A stretch of DNA of 64,000 nt from Bacteroidales bacterium. GTDB taxonomy: Bacteria; Bacteroidota; Bacteroidia; Bacteroidales; F082. The stretch covers positions 18,547 through 82,546 of the forward strand of contig JAFUAA010000049.1 of NCBI GenBank assembly GCA_017460915.1. The letters run 5' to 3'. Both the position numbers and the translations under genes were made by a program. Shown piece by piece: positions 9,762 to 18,924 of the stretch (position 1 is the stretch's first letter; each line of letters starts with the position of its first letter). The notes below the pieces were generated by a model. It was not told the DNA's origin, made no database searches, and saw nothing but the letters and a program-made list of their open reading frames with translations.

Positions 9762-10496
9762 ATGATTAGATTGGAAATCTGTGCCAACGGCATCAAGTCG
9801 TTGCAGAACGCGATGGACGGCTGCGCCCAGTGCGTGGAATTGTGCGAATGCCTCGAGGTGGGCGGCGTCACGCCCTCGTTCGGCACTTTGGCGAAGGCCA
9901 TCGACATCTCTTTCATCCCGATGCGTGTGCTTATCCGGCCGCGACCGGGCAACTACATCTACGACGAGGAAGAAGTCGAGATGATGAAAACAGACATCAT
10001 GCTCTGCAAGAAACTCGGCTTCGAGGGCGTGGTCATCGGAGCCTTGAATGACAAGGGCGAGCTTGATGTTGAGACGATTAAGGCCTTGATGGAGGCTGGC
10101 GAGGGGCTGAAGTTCACTTTCCATCGTGCCATCGATGCCTGCGCGAAGCCTTTCGAGGCCGTGGAGCAGCTGATAGAGCTCGGCTTCGACAAAATCCTGA
10201 CTTCGGGCGGCAAGCCCACTGCGTTGGAGGGCGTCCCGATGATAGCGGAGATGCAGCTGCGCTATGGCGACAAAATCGGCATCATGCCGGGCGGCGGCAT
10301 CAACCTCGGCAATGTGAAGGAAATCCTCGACATGACGGGTGCGGTGCATTGCCACGCTTCGCTGGCGCATTGGGTGCCGCGCTTCAACGAGAAACTTTAT
10401 CCCAACCAAAAGGACGCGACTGGTGCCACGATGGTCTGGACCGAGTCGAACAAGGATTTGATTTACGAAATGGAGAAGATTTTGAATCCGTTTTGA
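9762..10496 (+). CDS. cutC: Copper homeostasis protein CutC
   Basis: Full-length TIM-barrel CutC-like sequence (LEICANGI.., RVLIRPRPGNY, FTFHRAID, KILTSGG, IMPGGGI). Confidence 0.85.
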   Translation: MIRLEICANGIKSLQNAMDGCAQCVELCECLEVGGVTPSFGTLAKAIDISFIPMRVLIRPRPGNYIYDEEEVEMMKTDIMLCKKLGFEGVVIGALNDKGELDVETIKALMEAGEGLKFTFHRAIDACAKPFEAVEQLIELGFDKILTSGGKPTALEGVPMIAEMQLRYGDKIGIMPGGGINLGNVKEILDMTGAVHCHASLAHWVPRFNEKLYPNQKDATGATMVWTESNKDLIYEMEKILNPF

Positions 10497-10513
10497 TAGC
10501 ACTGTCTCATCGC

Positions 10514-10612
10514 AAAAAATGAGATTTTTGACATTTCCAATGAAATAAAAAGTGAGATTTTTGACATTATCGATGAAATAAAAAGAGAGATTTTTGACAA
10601 ATTTGTATTTTT
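10514..10612 (+). repeat. Three tandem ~33-bp units (core GAGATTTTTGACA) in the leader of the DUF4143 ATPase gene
   Basis: Units aaaaaatgagatttttgacatttccaatgaaat / aaaaagtgagatttttgacattatcgatgaaat / aaaaagagagatttttgacaaatttgtattttt. The last unit runs into a TAnnTTTG -7 box. Confidence 0.6.
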
Positions 10613-10636
10613 GCAGAGAATTATACAGGAATCAAG

Positions 10637-11977
10637 ATGTCAATCAACACTTTCAAACGGAAGATATACGACCGACTGCTCAAGTGGAAAGCCGAACGTC
10701 AGGGCCAGTCAGCCATTCTCATACAAGGTGCCAGGCGTGTTGGCAAATCAACGATAGTCGAGCAATTTGCGAGGCAGGAATATGAATCGTACATTTTGAT
10801 CGATTTCTCCAAATGCTCGCAAGAGGTGTTCAATCTGTTCAGCGACATTTCAGACCTTGATTATGTGTTTATGCGGCTCCAACTGGCGTATGGAGTCAGT
10901 TTGCATGAGCGCAATTCGGTCATTGTTTTCGACGAAGTGCAGCGACAGCCGTTGGCCCGGCAGGCCATCAAGCATTTGGTGGCCGACGGACGTTATGACT
11001 ATATCGAGACAGGTTCATTAATCTCAATCCGAAAGAATGTCAAGGACATCATCATCCCGAGCGAGGAGACCCGCGTCAATATGTATCCTATGGACTACGA
11101 GGAATTCAGATGGGCTTTGGGCGACACGACCACCATTCCTTTGCTGCGCTCGATTAGCGAGAAACCTGTGCCGCTGGGAGATGCTGCCCATCGAAAACTG
11201 TTGCGCGATTTCCGGCTTTATATGCTTGTGGGAGGAATGCCACAAGCTGTGAACAAATATCTGGAAACCAACAATCTGGCTGAAGTGGACAACACAAAGA
11301 GAGAGATTCTTGATCTTTATGACGGTGATTTCATGAAAATTGACGATTCAGGAAAATTGTCGATGCTGTTCGCGGCCATTCCGTCCGAGTTGAACAAGAA
11401 TGCTTCGCGCTATCAGGTGTCAAGCGTTGTCGAAAACGGCAGGGCTGACCGCATGACGGAATACATCGCCGACTTGCGGGAGTCGATGACGGTCAACATG
11501 GCCTATCACGTCAACGACCCCAATGCGGGCATGTCGTTCTACAAAGACCTCGACCGTTACAAGATGTTTGTCGCTGATACGGGGCTATTCGTCACCCTTG
11601 CCTTCCGAGACAAGGACTTCACCGAAAACGTCATTTACCAAAAGTTGTGGAACGACAAACTGAGCACCAACCTTGGCTATCTGTATGAAAACGTGGTGGC
11701 CCAGATGTTGAGGGCGGCGGGCAACGAATTGTTCTACCACATTTGGCCTACCGAAAACGGCAAGCGCAACTACGAAATCGGTTTTTTGCTGGCAAGAAGA
11801 AACATGGTCTGCCCGATTGAGGTAAAATCGTCGGGCTACAGCACCCACGCCTCGCTTGACGCGTTCTTCAAGAAGTATCCCGACAGGATTCTTGACCAAT
11901 ACCTTGTTTATTCCAAAGACATCAAGAGAGAAAAAGGAGTGCAATATTTGCCGTTTTACATGACCATGTTTTTGTAA
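10637..11977 (+). CDS. AAA ATPase with DUF4143-type C-terminal domain
   Basis: Walker A (GARRVGKST), Walker B (VIVFDEVQ); C-terminal region typical of the Bacteroides ATPase/DUF4143 family. Confidence 0.75.
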   Translation: MSINTFKRKIYDRLLKWKAERQGQSAILIQGARRVGKSTIVEQFARQEYESYILIDFSKCSQEVFNLFSDISDLDYVFMRLQLAYGVSLHERNSVIVFDEVQRQPLARQAIKHLVADGRYDYIETGSLISIRKNVKDIIIPSEETRVNMYPMDYEEFRWALGDTTTIPLLRSISEKPVPLGDAAHRKLLRDFRLYMLVGGMPQAVNKYLETNNLAEVDNTKREILDLYDGDFMKIDDSGKLSMLFAAIPSELNKNASRYQVSSVVENGRADRMTEYIADLRESMTVNMAYHVNDPNAGMSFYKDLDRYKMFVADTGLFVTLAFRDKDFTENVIYQKLWNDKLSTNLGYLYENVVAQMLRAAGNELFYHIWPTENGKRNYEIGFLLARRNMVCPIEVKSSGYSTHASLDAFFKKYPDRILDQYLVYSKDIKREKGVQYLPFYMTMFL

Positions 11978-11995
11978 TTTAAAAGATCCAACGAT

Positions 11996-14560
11996 ATGAA
12001 AAGAATAATACCCCTGCTAATCCTTGCGCTTGCTTTCGTCGCCTGCCAGAAAGTCGAAAAGCCCAATGTCGTCGTGCAAAGCCTCAACCAAGGCTGGACG
12101 CTCACGAGCGACACCTTATCTATTAGTATTATGCCCGTCACGGTGCCTTCGGTGGTGCAGCAGAGCCTTTATGAAAACGGCATCATCCCGCATCCTTATC
12201 TCGGTACGGTGGAAAATGAACTTTTGTGGATTTCCGACCATCCTTGGGACTACACCTTGCATTTCGATGTGGACAAGGAGTTGTTTGAAAAACAGGTTGT
12301 TGAATTGGAATTTGAAGGCATCGACACCTACGCCGAAGTTTCTTTGAATAGCTATGGGCTTTTCTCTGCCGACAACCAATTCCGTGAGTGGAAAGCGGAT
12401 GTGAAGCCATTTTTGGAGGAGAAGGATAACCTTTTGGAAGTGCATTTCGTCCGTTACGACAGCACGCAAATGGCTTTGTATGAGCAACATCAGCCCCAAT
12501 TGCCTGAAAAATATGCCGTCTCGCGCAAGGCACCTTACCAACACGGCTGGGATTGGGCGCCGAAATACAAGAATGTGGGCATCTGGAAGCCTGTGAAGTT
12601 GGTGGGTTGGAACGAGGCGAGATTGGAGAACGCCTATATCGTCACGCAGGCTGCAGAAATAGGGAGAGCAGAACTGATGCTTCATTTGGATGTTGAAAGT
12701 GTTGAGGATAAAGATGTTACTGTTGAGATCGGTGCTTCGATAGGCTCGGCAACCTTATCCATTACGCAAAAGCAAAGGTCCCTGAGCTTGTCGAAGGGCC
12801 GTCAACATACAGTATTGCCTATTATCATCGACAATCCTCAATTTTGGTGGCCCAACGAAATGGGCGAACAATCGCTTTATGTCTTTGATGTAGTCCTGAA
12901 AGACGGTGATAAAATTTTGGATTTCAAGAAAATATGTTCTGGTATTAAAACCATCGAGATGGTGGATGAGCCTGACGGTATCGGTCGCGCCTTCTATTTC
13001 AAGGTGAACGACGAACCGTTTTATGCCAAAGGTGCCAACTACATCCCCGAGGAGATGATTGAGACTTGGGTCAATCCCGACAACACCTTGCGCCTGCTTC
13101 GTGAGGCCAAGGATGCGCATTTCAATATGTTGCGTGTGTGGGGCGGAGGTGTTTATCCCTCCGACGACTTCTTCAACATCTGCGATTCGTTGGGCATTAT
13201 GGTTTGGGAAGATTTCATGTACGCTGGCTCGATGTATCCCTATGATGAAGCTTTCTTGAAAAATGCCCAAATCGAGGCTGAAGAGCAGGCGAGGCGTTTG
13301 GGGGCACATCCTTCGTTGGCCTTGTGGTGCGGTGGCAACGAAATCTCGGAAGGCTACTACAACTGGGGCTGGCAACAGTCACTGAATTGGAGTGAGGAAG
13401 ACGACAAGGCCATCAAGGCGGGTTATGACCGACTCTTTGAAGACATTCTGCCTCAATCTGTTACCGATTATGATGCCACGCGACCCTACTGGTCCAGTTC
13501 GCCCTCGAAAGGCTGGGGTCGGCCCGAGAGCCTGACCGAAGGCGATGTGCATTATTGGGGCGTTTGGTGGGGCGAATTGCCTTATGAGATCTATCGCGAG
13601 AAGGTTGGCCGCTTCAACAGCGAATACGGCTACCAAAGCTATCCCGATTACCAAACCTTGCTGAAAATCGCGCAAAGCGAGGCGTTGAGCAAGGATGCTG
13701 AGGTCGTCGCGGCGCACCAAAAACACGCGCGCGGCACTCGACAGATTGACGATTTCATCCGAAAATACTATCCCTATTCCGATGATTTTGAGGAATATGT
13801 GTATTTGAGCCAACTCTCGCAGGCCTACGGCATGGAGATTGCGATTGAGGCACACCGCACGGCGAAGCCTTACAACATGGGCACGCTTTATTGGCAACTC
13901 AACGACGCTTGGCCCGTCACTTCGTGGTCGTCCATCGACTACTACGGCAACAAAAAGGCACTGCAATACAAGTTGAAGACCTTGTATGCGCCCGTGTTGC
14001 TCTCGCTTGACCCAAAAGACCACGGCGTTTTCGTGACTTCCGACTTGATGTGCGACTTGAAAGGCAACTTGAAAGTGAAAGTCGTCGATTTTGAAAGAAT
14101 AGTGCTGTTTGAAAAGGCAATGAATGTACAAGTTCCGACCAATGGCAACGAGAAATTCCAAATTGAAGGTTTGGCTGAATGTTTGGCGAAGGCCGACAAA
14201 ACAGCGGTTTATGTGAAACTTGAACTTGTTGAAAATGAAAATCTTTTGTCCGAGCGTTACTGCTATTTGGCTTATCCAAAGGACCTGAAATTGCCCAAGG
14301 CGCATCTGGAATGGAAGGTTTCGAAGGAGAACGGGCAAACCGTTATCGAAGTCAGTACGGATGCCTTTGCCAAGGAGGTGCAGGTGTATTGCACCAACGG
14401 TATGGGCGGCTTCTCGGACAATTTCTTCGACTTGGAGGCTGGGCAGACGAAGCGCATTGTTTTTGAGCCGGCCCTTCGACAGGCTCAGGGACCTAGGGCC
14501 GTTGAGCCTGTCGAAACGCCCGATTTGATGTTTGGTGTGCGCTGTCTGAATGGAATCTAA
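11996..14560 (+). CDS. GH2 beta-mannosidase, lipoprotein
   Basis: Lipobox LALAFVAC; GH2 blocks (WWPNEMGEQSLY, CGGNEISEG, GDVHYWGVWWG). Confidence 0.8.
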   Translation: MKRIIPLLILALAFVACQKVEKPNVVVQSLNQGWTLTSDTLSISIMPVTVPSVVQQSLYENGIIPHPYLGTVENELLWISDHPWDYTLHFDVDKELFEKQVVELEFEGIDTYAEVSLNSYGLFSADNQFREWKADVKPFLEEKDNLLEVHFVRYDSTQMALYEQHQPQLPEKYAVSRKAPYQHGWDWAPKYKNVGIWKPVKLVGWNEARLENAYIVTQAAEIGRAELMLHLDVESVEDKDVTVEIGASIGSATLSITQKQRSLSLSKGRQHTVLPIIIDNPQFWWPNEMGEQSLYVFDVVLKDGDKILDFKKICSGIKTIEMVDEPDGIGRAFYFKVNDEPFYAKGANYIPEEMIETWVNPDNTLRLLREAKDAHFNMLRVWGGGVYPSDDFFNICDSLGIMVWEDFMYAGSMYPYDEAFLKNAQIEAEEQARRLGAHPSLALWCGGNEISEGYYNWGWQQSLNWSEEDDKAIKAGYDRLFEDILPQSVTDYDATRPYWSSSPSKGWGRPESLTEGDVHYWGVWWGELPYEIYREKVGRFNSEYGYQSYPDYQTLLKIAQSEALSKDAEVVAAHQKHARGTRQIDDFIRKYYPYSDDFEEYVYLSQLSQAYGMEIAIEAHRTAKPYNMGTLYWQLNDAWPVTSWSSIDYYGNKKALQYKLKTLYAPVLLSLDPKDHGVFVTSDLMCDLKGNLKVKVVDFERIVLFEKAMNVQVPTNGNEKFQIEGLAECLAKADKTAVYVKLELVENENLLSERYCYLAYPKDLKLPKAHLEWKVSKENGQTVIEVSTDAFAKEVQVYCTNGMGGFSDNFFDLEAGQTKRIVFEPALRQAQGPRAVEPVETPDLMFGVRCLNGI
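12777..12800. repeat. 24-bp GC-rich repeat copy inside the GH2 gene (ggtccctgagcttgtcgaagggcc)
   Basis: 23/24 match to the reverse complement of 14470..14493; translated in frame as SLSLSKGR. Confidence 0.7.
14470..14515. repeat. GC-rich palindromic repeat at the 3' end of the GH2 gene
   Basis: ggcccttcgacaggctcagggacc, with a perfect 13-bp stem (14475..14487 / 14503..14515) and a 15-nt loop; translated as ALRQAQGPRAVEPVE. Confidence 0.7.
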
Positions 14561-14569
14561 GGATACTTT

Positions 14570-14690
14570 ACCTGCAAAAAGTTACTACGAAATTGCTAAA
14601 ACACCTGCAAAAAGTTACTATAAAAACTTGTTTTTATCTGCAAAAAGTTACTATATTTGCGGCGTAATACTTGCAAAGAGTTACTTTTGT
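14570..14690 (+). repeat. Four ~33-bp tandem units (core CTGCAAAAAGTTACT) upstream of the truncated DUF4143 paralog
   Basis: Core repeated at about 14571, 14604, 14638, plus a degenerate copy (cttgcaaagagttact) at about 14670. TAnnTTTG-like boxes lie inside the units. Confidence 0.55.
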
Positions 14691-14691
14691 T

Positions 14692-15590
14692 ATGTATAAG
14701 AGAAAGATAGTCAAGTTTTTAAGTGATTGGATTTCGAGGAGTTTTTGTGGGCGCGTGGCGTGAGCGAGTTGGCCGTTGAAACCTTGCGCGAGGCGTTTCT
14801 CAACCAGTCGCCCGTCACGAGTTTCGTGCACGAACAGATGATGAAGCATTATCGCGAGTACCTGATTGTTGGCGGTATGCCAGAAGTGGTGGTTACCTAC
14901 AATAATAATCCGGATTTTGCGGCCACTTTGTTGCAGCAACGGAAGATCATCCAAAGCTATCGCGACGACATCTCCAAGTATGCAGCCGAGCAAAAGACCA
15001 AGGCGAAGCGTTTTTTCGATGCCATTCCTTCCGAACTCAGCAAGCAGAAGAAGCGTTTCATACTGAAGAATATGGAGCAGACGGCCTCAATGCAAAAGTA
15101 TGAGGATGCGGCTTTGTGGCTCGACGATGCGGGCGTGGCTTATTTTTGCTACAACTTGCACTCCTTGGCATTGCCTTTCGAGCAGGAGGAAAACCGCAGC
15201 CTTTTCAAGGTGTATCTGCTCGACACGGGCTTGCTTTGCGCGCTGTGGAACGACAACACCCAACTCAAGGTGATGCAAGGCGAAATCGACATCAACGAGG
15301 GGGCGTTGACGGAGAATTTCGTGGCAGCCGAATTGCGCAAGCATGGGCGGAAGTTGCATTATTATAATCGCAAGAGCCGTCAGGAACTGGACTTCTTGTT
15401 GGCCGAAAATAACAAGGTGACAATAGTGGAGGTAAAGTCGGGCGACGAATACCAACGCCATGCTTCGGTGGATACGGCATTGCGCGAACAGCCGGAAAAG
15501 ATTGGTAAGGTAATGGTAATGAGCAAGTTCAATTTGGAAAAGACGGAAAACATCCTTTATGTACCTTTATATATGGCGGCATTTATATGA
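14692..15590 (+). pseudogene. DUF4143-type ATPase paralog with the P-loop domain deleted
   Basis: ATG at 14692 encodes MYKRKIVKFLSDW (compare FKRKIYDRLLKWK in 10637..11977). It then joins out of frame to DFEEFLWARG.., which aligns with residues around MDYEEFRWALG of the intact paralog. Confidence 0.6.
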
Positions 15591-15689
15591 AAATTTGAAA
15601 AAAAATCACGCCAACCTGTAACTTTTTCGCCGTTTTTCCGTATTACGGTTGTTGACACTCAAATGGGAGTACCACAATCGTCCTTATAG

Positions 15690-15778
15690 CGTCATTGCGG
15701 TTTTGACCCGCAATCCCTTGAACGCGAGGCTGTCATCTCCGCGCACAGGGGATGGCGGATGTTCCTCCGCCATGACGG
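15690..15778. repeat. Palindromic intergenic repeat, family A copy 1
   Basis: cgtcattgcgg..ttgacccgcaatc..ggcggatgttcctccgccatgacg; shares long identical blocks with 45245..45336. Confidence 0.65.
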
Positions 15779-15853
15779 TAAAAGTATTAGAGAAGTGAAG
15801 CCCGGTCAAGTGTCAAAAGTGGTAAACGGACAAACATCCAAACATCAATAAAA

Positions 15854-17332
15854 ATGAAAACAAGAATGATTTTGGCAGCCATGCTGCTGCTGGCCTTCGG
15901 AACGGTGAGGGCGCAAGTAGGTGAACCTGAAAAACAGGGACAAAAACAGGATAGCACAACGACAAGCTACACGACCGAAATGTCGCAACTCCAAGAGCAA
16001 ATCTCAGAAAGGATGCGCGAATTGGGCATGGCGCTCCAGCAACTTTCTGACTCTGTGGATTGGAAACAGTTTGAGCGCGACATGGAACAGTGGGGCGCAG
16101 AAATGGAGCAATGGGGACGAGAGATGAAAAAGAGGGGCGAGCAGTTTGAGAAGAGTTTTAACCGTCCTTTCAACGAAAGCCTACCCAAAAAAGGCAAGCC
16201 CGAAGTGAGTTCGGTCAAGGTGTGCGGCTCGGGCGACGTGCGTATTCGGCAGGTGACCGACGGCTTCTCGCTGATGCGCGGCGACAAGTTCACTTCCAAT
16301 TATGATGTGTCCGACGGTGCTGTGATTCTGATGGGTTCAAGCGACTATAAGGTTGCCATTCAGCAACTTGAAAGCCTTTATGTCACGGGTTCTGGCGATG
16401 TCTTTGGGCAGGGGATCCTCAAGGGCAAAAACCTTGCGATTTATGATTTCAGCTCGGGCGACGTGTGCATGTCGGTGGATTACGACACCATCTATGTGAA
16501 AATGAGTGGTTCGGGCGATGTTGCGCTCAGCGGGCGATGCAAGGTGCTCTATGCCGACTTGATGGGTTCAGGGGATTTGAGGATTACGCAGTTGGTATGT
16601 GGCGAGACGAACGTCACGGCCACAGGAACGGGCGAGGTGTATGATGGCAAGTCAAGAGATGTCATCTCGTATTCCAGTAATTGGAAACGGTGGCGATGTG
16701 AACGTGGCTTGTTGTTCATCCCCAACTGGCAGGGCTTTGAGGCTGGACTTAACATGCTGATGAATCCCATCGCTGACATTTATACCGATGGTGGCGGAAC
16801 GGAGGGTATGGAACTGAACCCGCTGCGTAGCTGGTATTTCGGTTTCAACATTGCCAACGTGGGCATTGCCTTCAACCGCAAGCATACAGTGGGCTTGTTT
16901 ACGGGCGTTGGCATCGGCTGGAACAACTTCAGCTGGAACAACGACGTGACCATCGAATATGACCCTGACAATGTGGTCTATACCGTGGTGCCTATCGACC
17001 ACGAAAACCCGGTCAAAAACAGCAAATACGGAGCGTTGTTTCTGCAAATGCCGCTGATGCTTGAGGTTTGTCCTGCCGGAAGTTTGTACATCGATGCTGG
17101 CGTGACGGCGGGGCTGCGCTTCGCCCAGTGGAACAAGGTGCGCTATGAGGACGGCTCGAAGGACAAGCATTATTTCTCATGGCCGCTCGACCAATTCAAG
17201 TTGGATGCCTCGTTGCGTGTTGGAGGCAGCGACCTGGGCTTCTTCGTCAATTATGCCCTGCTTCCCATCTTCAATTTCGGCAACGAAAAGGCTGCGCATC
17301 CATTGAGTTTTGGGTTCAGTATTGTTTTCTGA
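15854..17332 (+). CDS. Outer-membrane protein: DUF2807/GIN-like repeat region plus C-terminal beta-barrel
   Basis: Signal peptide; six spaced GSGD(V/L)-type motifs; C-terminal alternating beta-strand pattern ending in F. Confidence 0.55.
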   Translation: MKTRMILAAMLLLAFGTVRAQVGEPEKQGQKQDSTTTSYTTEMSQLQEQISERMRELGMALQQLSDSVDWKQFERDMEQWGAEMEQWGREMKKRGEQFEKSFNRPFNESLPKKGKPEVSSVKVCGSGDVRIRQVTDGFSLMRGDKFTSNYDVSDGAVILMGSSDYKVAIQQLESLYVTGSGDVFGQGILKGKNLAIYDFSSGDVCMSVDYDTIYVKMSGSGDVALSGRCKVLYADLMGSGDLRITQLVCGETNVTATGTGEVYDGKSRDVISYSSNWKRWRCERGLLFIPNWQGFEAGLNMLMNPIADIYTDGGGTEGMELNPLRSWYFGFNIANVGIAFNRKHTVGLFTGVGIGWNNFSWNNDVTIEYDPDNVVYTVVPIDHENPVKNSKYGALFLQMPLMLEVCPAGSLYIDAGVTAGLRFAQWNKVRYEDGSKDKHYFSWPLDQFKLDASLRVGGSDLGFFVNYALLPIFNFGNEKAAHPLSFGFSIVF

Positions 17333-17350
17333 TTGACGAGCATTTACTCC

Positions 17351-17454
17351 CGCTTCGCGTCATTGTGAACGCAGTGAAGCAATCCAGACCAAAAGCCATT
17401 GGTAAAGGCGGGTCTGGATTGCTTCGTCGTTTCTCCTCGCAATGACGCGAAGCG
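17351..17454. repeat. Palindromic intergenic repeat, family B (two nested perfect 15-bp inverted repeats)
   Basis: cgcttcgcgtcattg / caatgacgcgaagcg (outer) and gaagcaatccagacc / ggtctggattgcttc (17376..17390 / 17411..17425); lies between convergent genes. Confidence 0.7.
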
Positions 17455-17510
17455 TGTTGGCGCAAAGCGACAACCAATTCTCATAGTTCTGCGATTTCTG
17501 CGTGAAAAAT

Positions 17511-18368
17511 CTATTTCTCCATTTTCGCTTGCCAGTATTCCCGCGCATCGGCCAGATGTTCCTCCGCCCGTTGCTGCGCTTCCATCGCTATCTCGGTGGT
17601 GACGATGGCGATTTCTTGTTTGGTGCGGTGTAGCCCTGCGTTCACCAAGTCGTTGATACTGGCATAGCGTCCTTCGCTCCAACGATAAATGGTTCTGCCA
17701 ATGAAAGAAGTGGGCAATTCCTCATTCTCAAAATTGGCGTTTCCCATTGCTGCAAAAGCCCAATCCGATTCCAAACGGTAGCGAAGCATCTCCATTTTCA
17801 TTTCCAACGCGGCGTCGGGTTCGGTGGTGGCCATGCTTACGGTTTCTTTGGTCTTCAATGGCGACAACTCAGCCAAAGCTAAAGATTCGGTTTTTTCTAT
17901 GTTGGAATTTTGTGTTTTCGTTTTTTCAATAGGTTGAGATCCAATAGGTTGTGCGTTGACAAATTGAACGGTTCTTCTCGGAATGAGGCGCATCGGTTCC
18001 TCGGTGAGGTTTAGTTGGGTTTTGATAGGCTCCAGCTCGGTCAACAGCTCTTGTTTCGGCAAGGTCTCATTGGGTTTCCAAACCAGCGTGAACAATAACC
18101 CGGCAGCGGCCGCCGCCGACGCGATTTTGACGTACATCGGGATGACGGGAGCCTTGTTTCTTGAATGTCGGCCCTTTGACATTAACTTCGACTTGTCTGG
18201 GTAGGCGATTTCGGGTGCTTCCAAATGGGGCAAGTCTTCAGTGATTTCGTCCCAGTTGAGGCCTTGCGCCGCGACGAATTGCCGCAGTTCTGCCGCCCCT
18301 TCGGGGCTGAGGTTGCCCTCCGCATAATCAAGGAGGAAGGCTTCGTAGTTGTCGGTAGTGATGTTCAT
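17511..18368 (-). CDS. Anti-sigma factor (single TM)
   Basis: Start overlaps the stop of the ECF sigma gene; N-terminal anti-sigma-like segment; TM helix IASAAAAAGLLFTLVW. Confidence 0.6.
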   Translation of the reverse strand: MNITTDNYEAFLLDYAEGNLSPEGAAELRQFVAAQGLNWDEITEDLPHLEAPEIAYPDKSKLMSKGRHSRNKAPVIPMYVKIASAAAAAGLLFTLVWKPNETLPKQELLTELEPIKTQLNLTEEPMRLIPRRTVQFVNAQPIGSQPIEKTKTQNSNIEKTESLALAELSPLKTKETVSMATTEPDAALEMKMEMLRYRLESDWAFAAMGNANFENEELPTSFIGRTIYRWSEGRYASINDLVNAGLHRTKQEIAIVTTEIAMEAQQRAEEHLADAREYWQAKMEK

Positions 18369-18874
18369 GGCTCGGTGTCTATGAGGTTGTCGATGCTTTT
18401 CAGTTTGTTTTTCAGTGCGGTGCGGGCGCGGAAGATGTTCACCTTCACTTGCGCCTCGCTCATGCCCGTGATGTCGCCGATTTCCTGGTACGAGTAGCCC
18501 TCGTAGTCGCGGAGGAGGAGGGCGTTGCGTTGGGCTTCGGGCAGGTTGCCCAAGGCTTTGTGCAGGATTTCGTTGACGTCAGGGTAGTGGGGTCGCTTGT
18601 CTTTCAGTTCATTGGGCGCGATGTCGTCGATGCGTGTCGTGCGCAGGTTCTGTCGGATTTCGTCAATCATGGCGTGGTGGGCGGTGGTGAAGAGGTAGGA
18701 TTTCGCTTTGTCGAAATCCACCGTCTCGACCTTTTCCCAAACGCGGGCAAAGCTCTCCTGCACCACGTCCTCGGCCTGCTCGCGGTTGCGGAGGCTCGAG
18801 AACGCGAAGCGGAAAAGCCTGTCGGCGTATTGCTCCACGCATCGGTTGTACTGACTTCTGTCCATCGTTTGCAA
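18365..18874 (-). CDS. ECF-type RNA polymerase sigma-70 factor
   Basis: Region 2 (DVVQESFARVW) and region 4 HTH (YSYQEIGDITGMSEAQVKVNIFRAR). Confidence 0.85.
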   Translation of the reverse strand: MQTMDRSQYNRCVEQYADRLFRFAFSSLRNREQAEDVVQESFARVWEKVETVDFDKAKSYLFTTAHHAMIDEIRQNLRTTRIDDIAPNELKDKRPHYPDVNEILHKALGNLPEAQRNALLLRDYEGYSYQEIGDITGMSEAQVKVNIFRARTALKNKLKSIDNLIDTEP

Positions 18875-18924
18875 AGGTAATACGGAGTTTTGGGAAAAAA
18901 GTTACACTTGACAAAGAATTTTTT

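Noticed and set aside
9504-10502. 332-aa ORF on the - strand
   Set aside because: It is antisense to the well-supported cutC gene (9762..10496) and has Arg/His/Leu-rich shadow-ORF composition. Only its last 59 codons (9504..9683) are kept as a plausible small gene.
10514-10612. Tandem repeats here and at 14570..14690 considered as a mini CRISPR array
   Set aside because: There are only 3-4 units. The units are contiguous with no unique spacers of regular length. They are AT-rich, overlap promoter boxes, and no cas genes are nearby.
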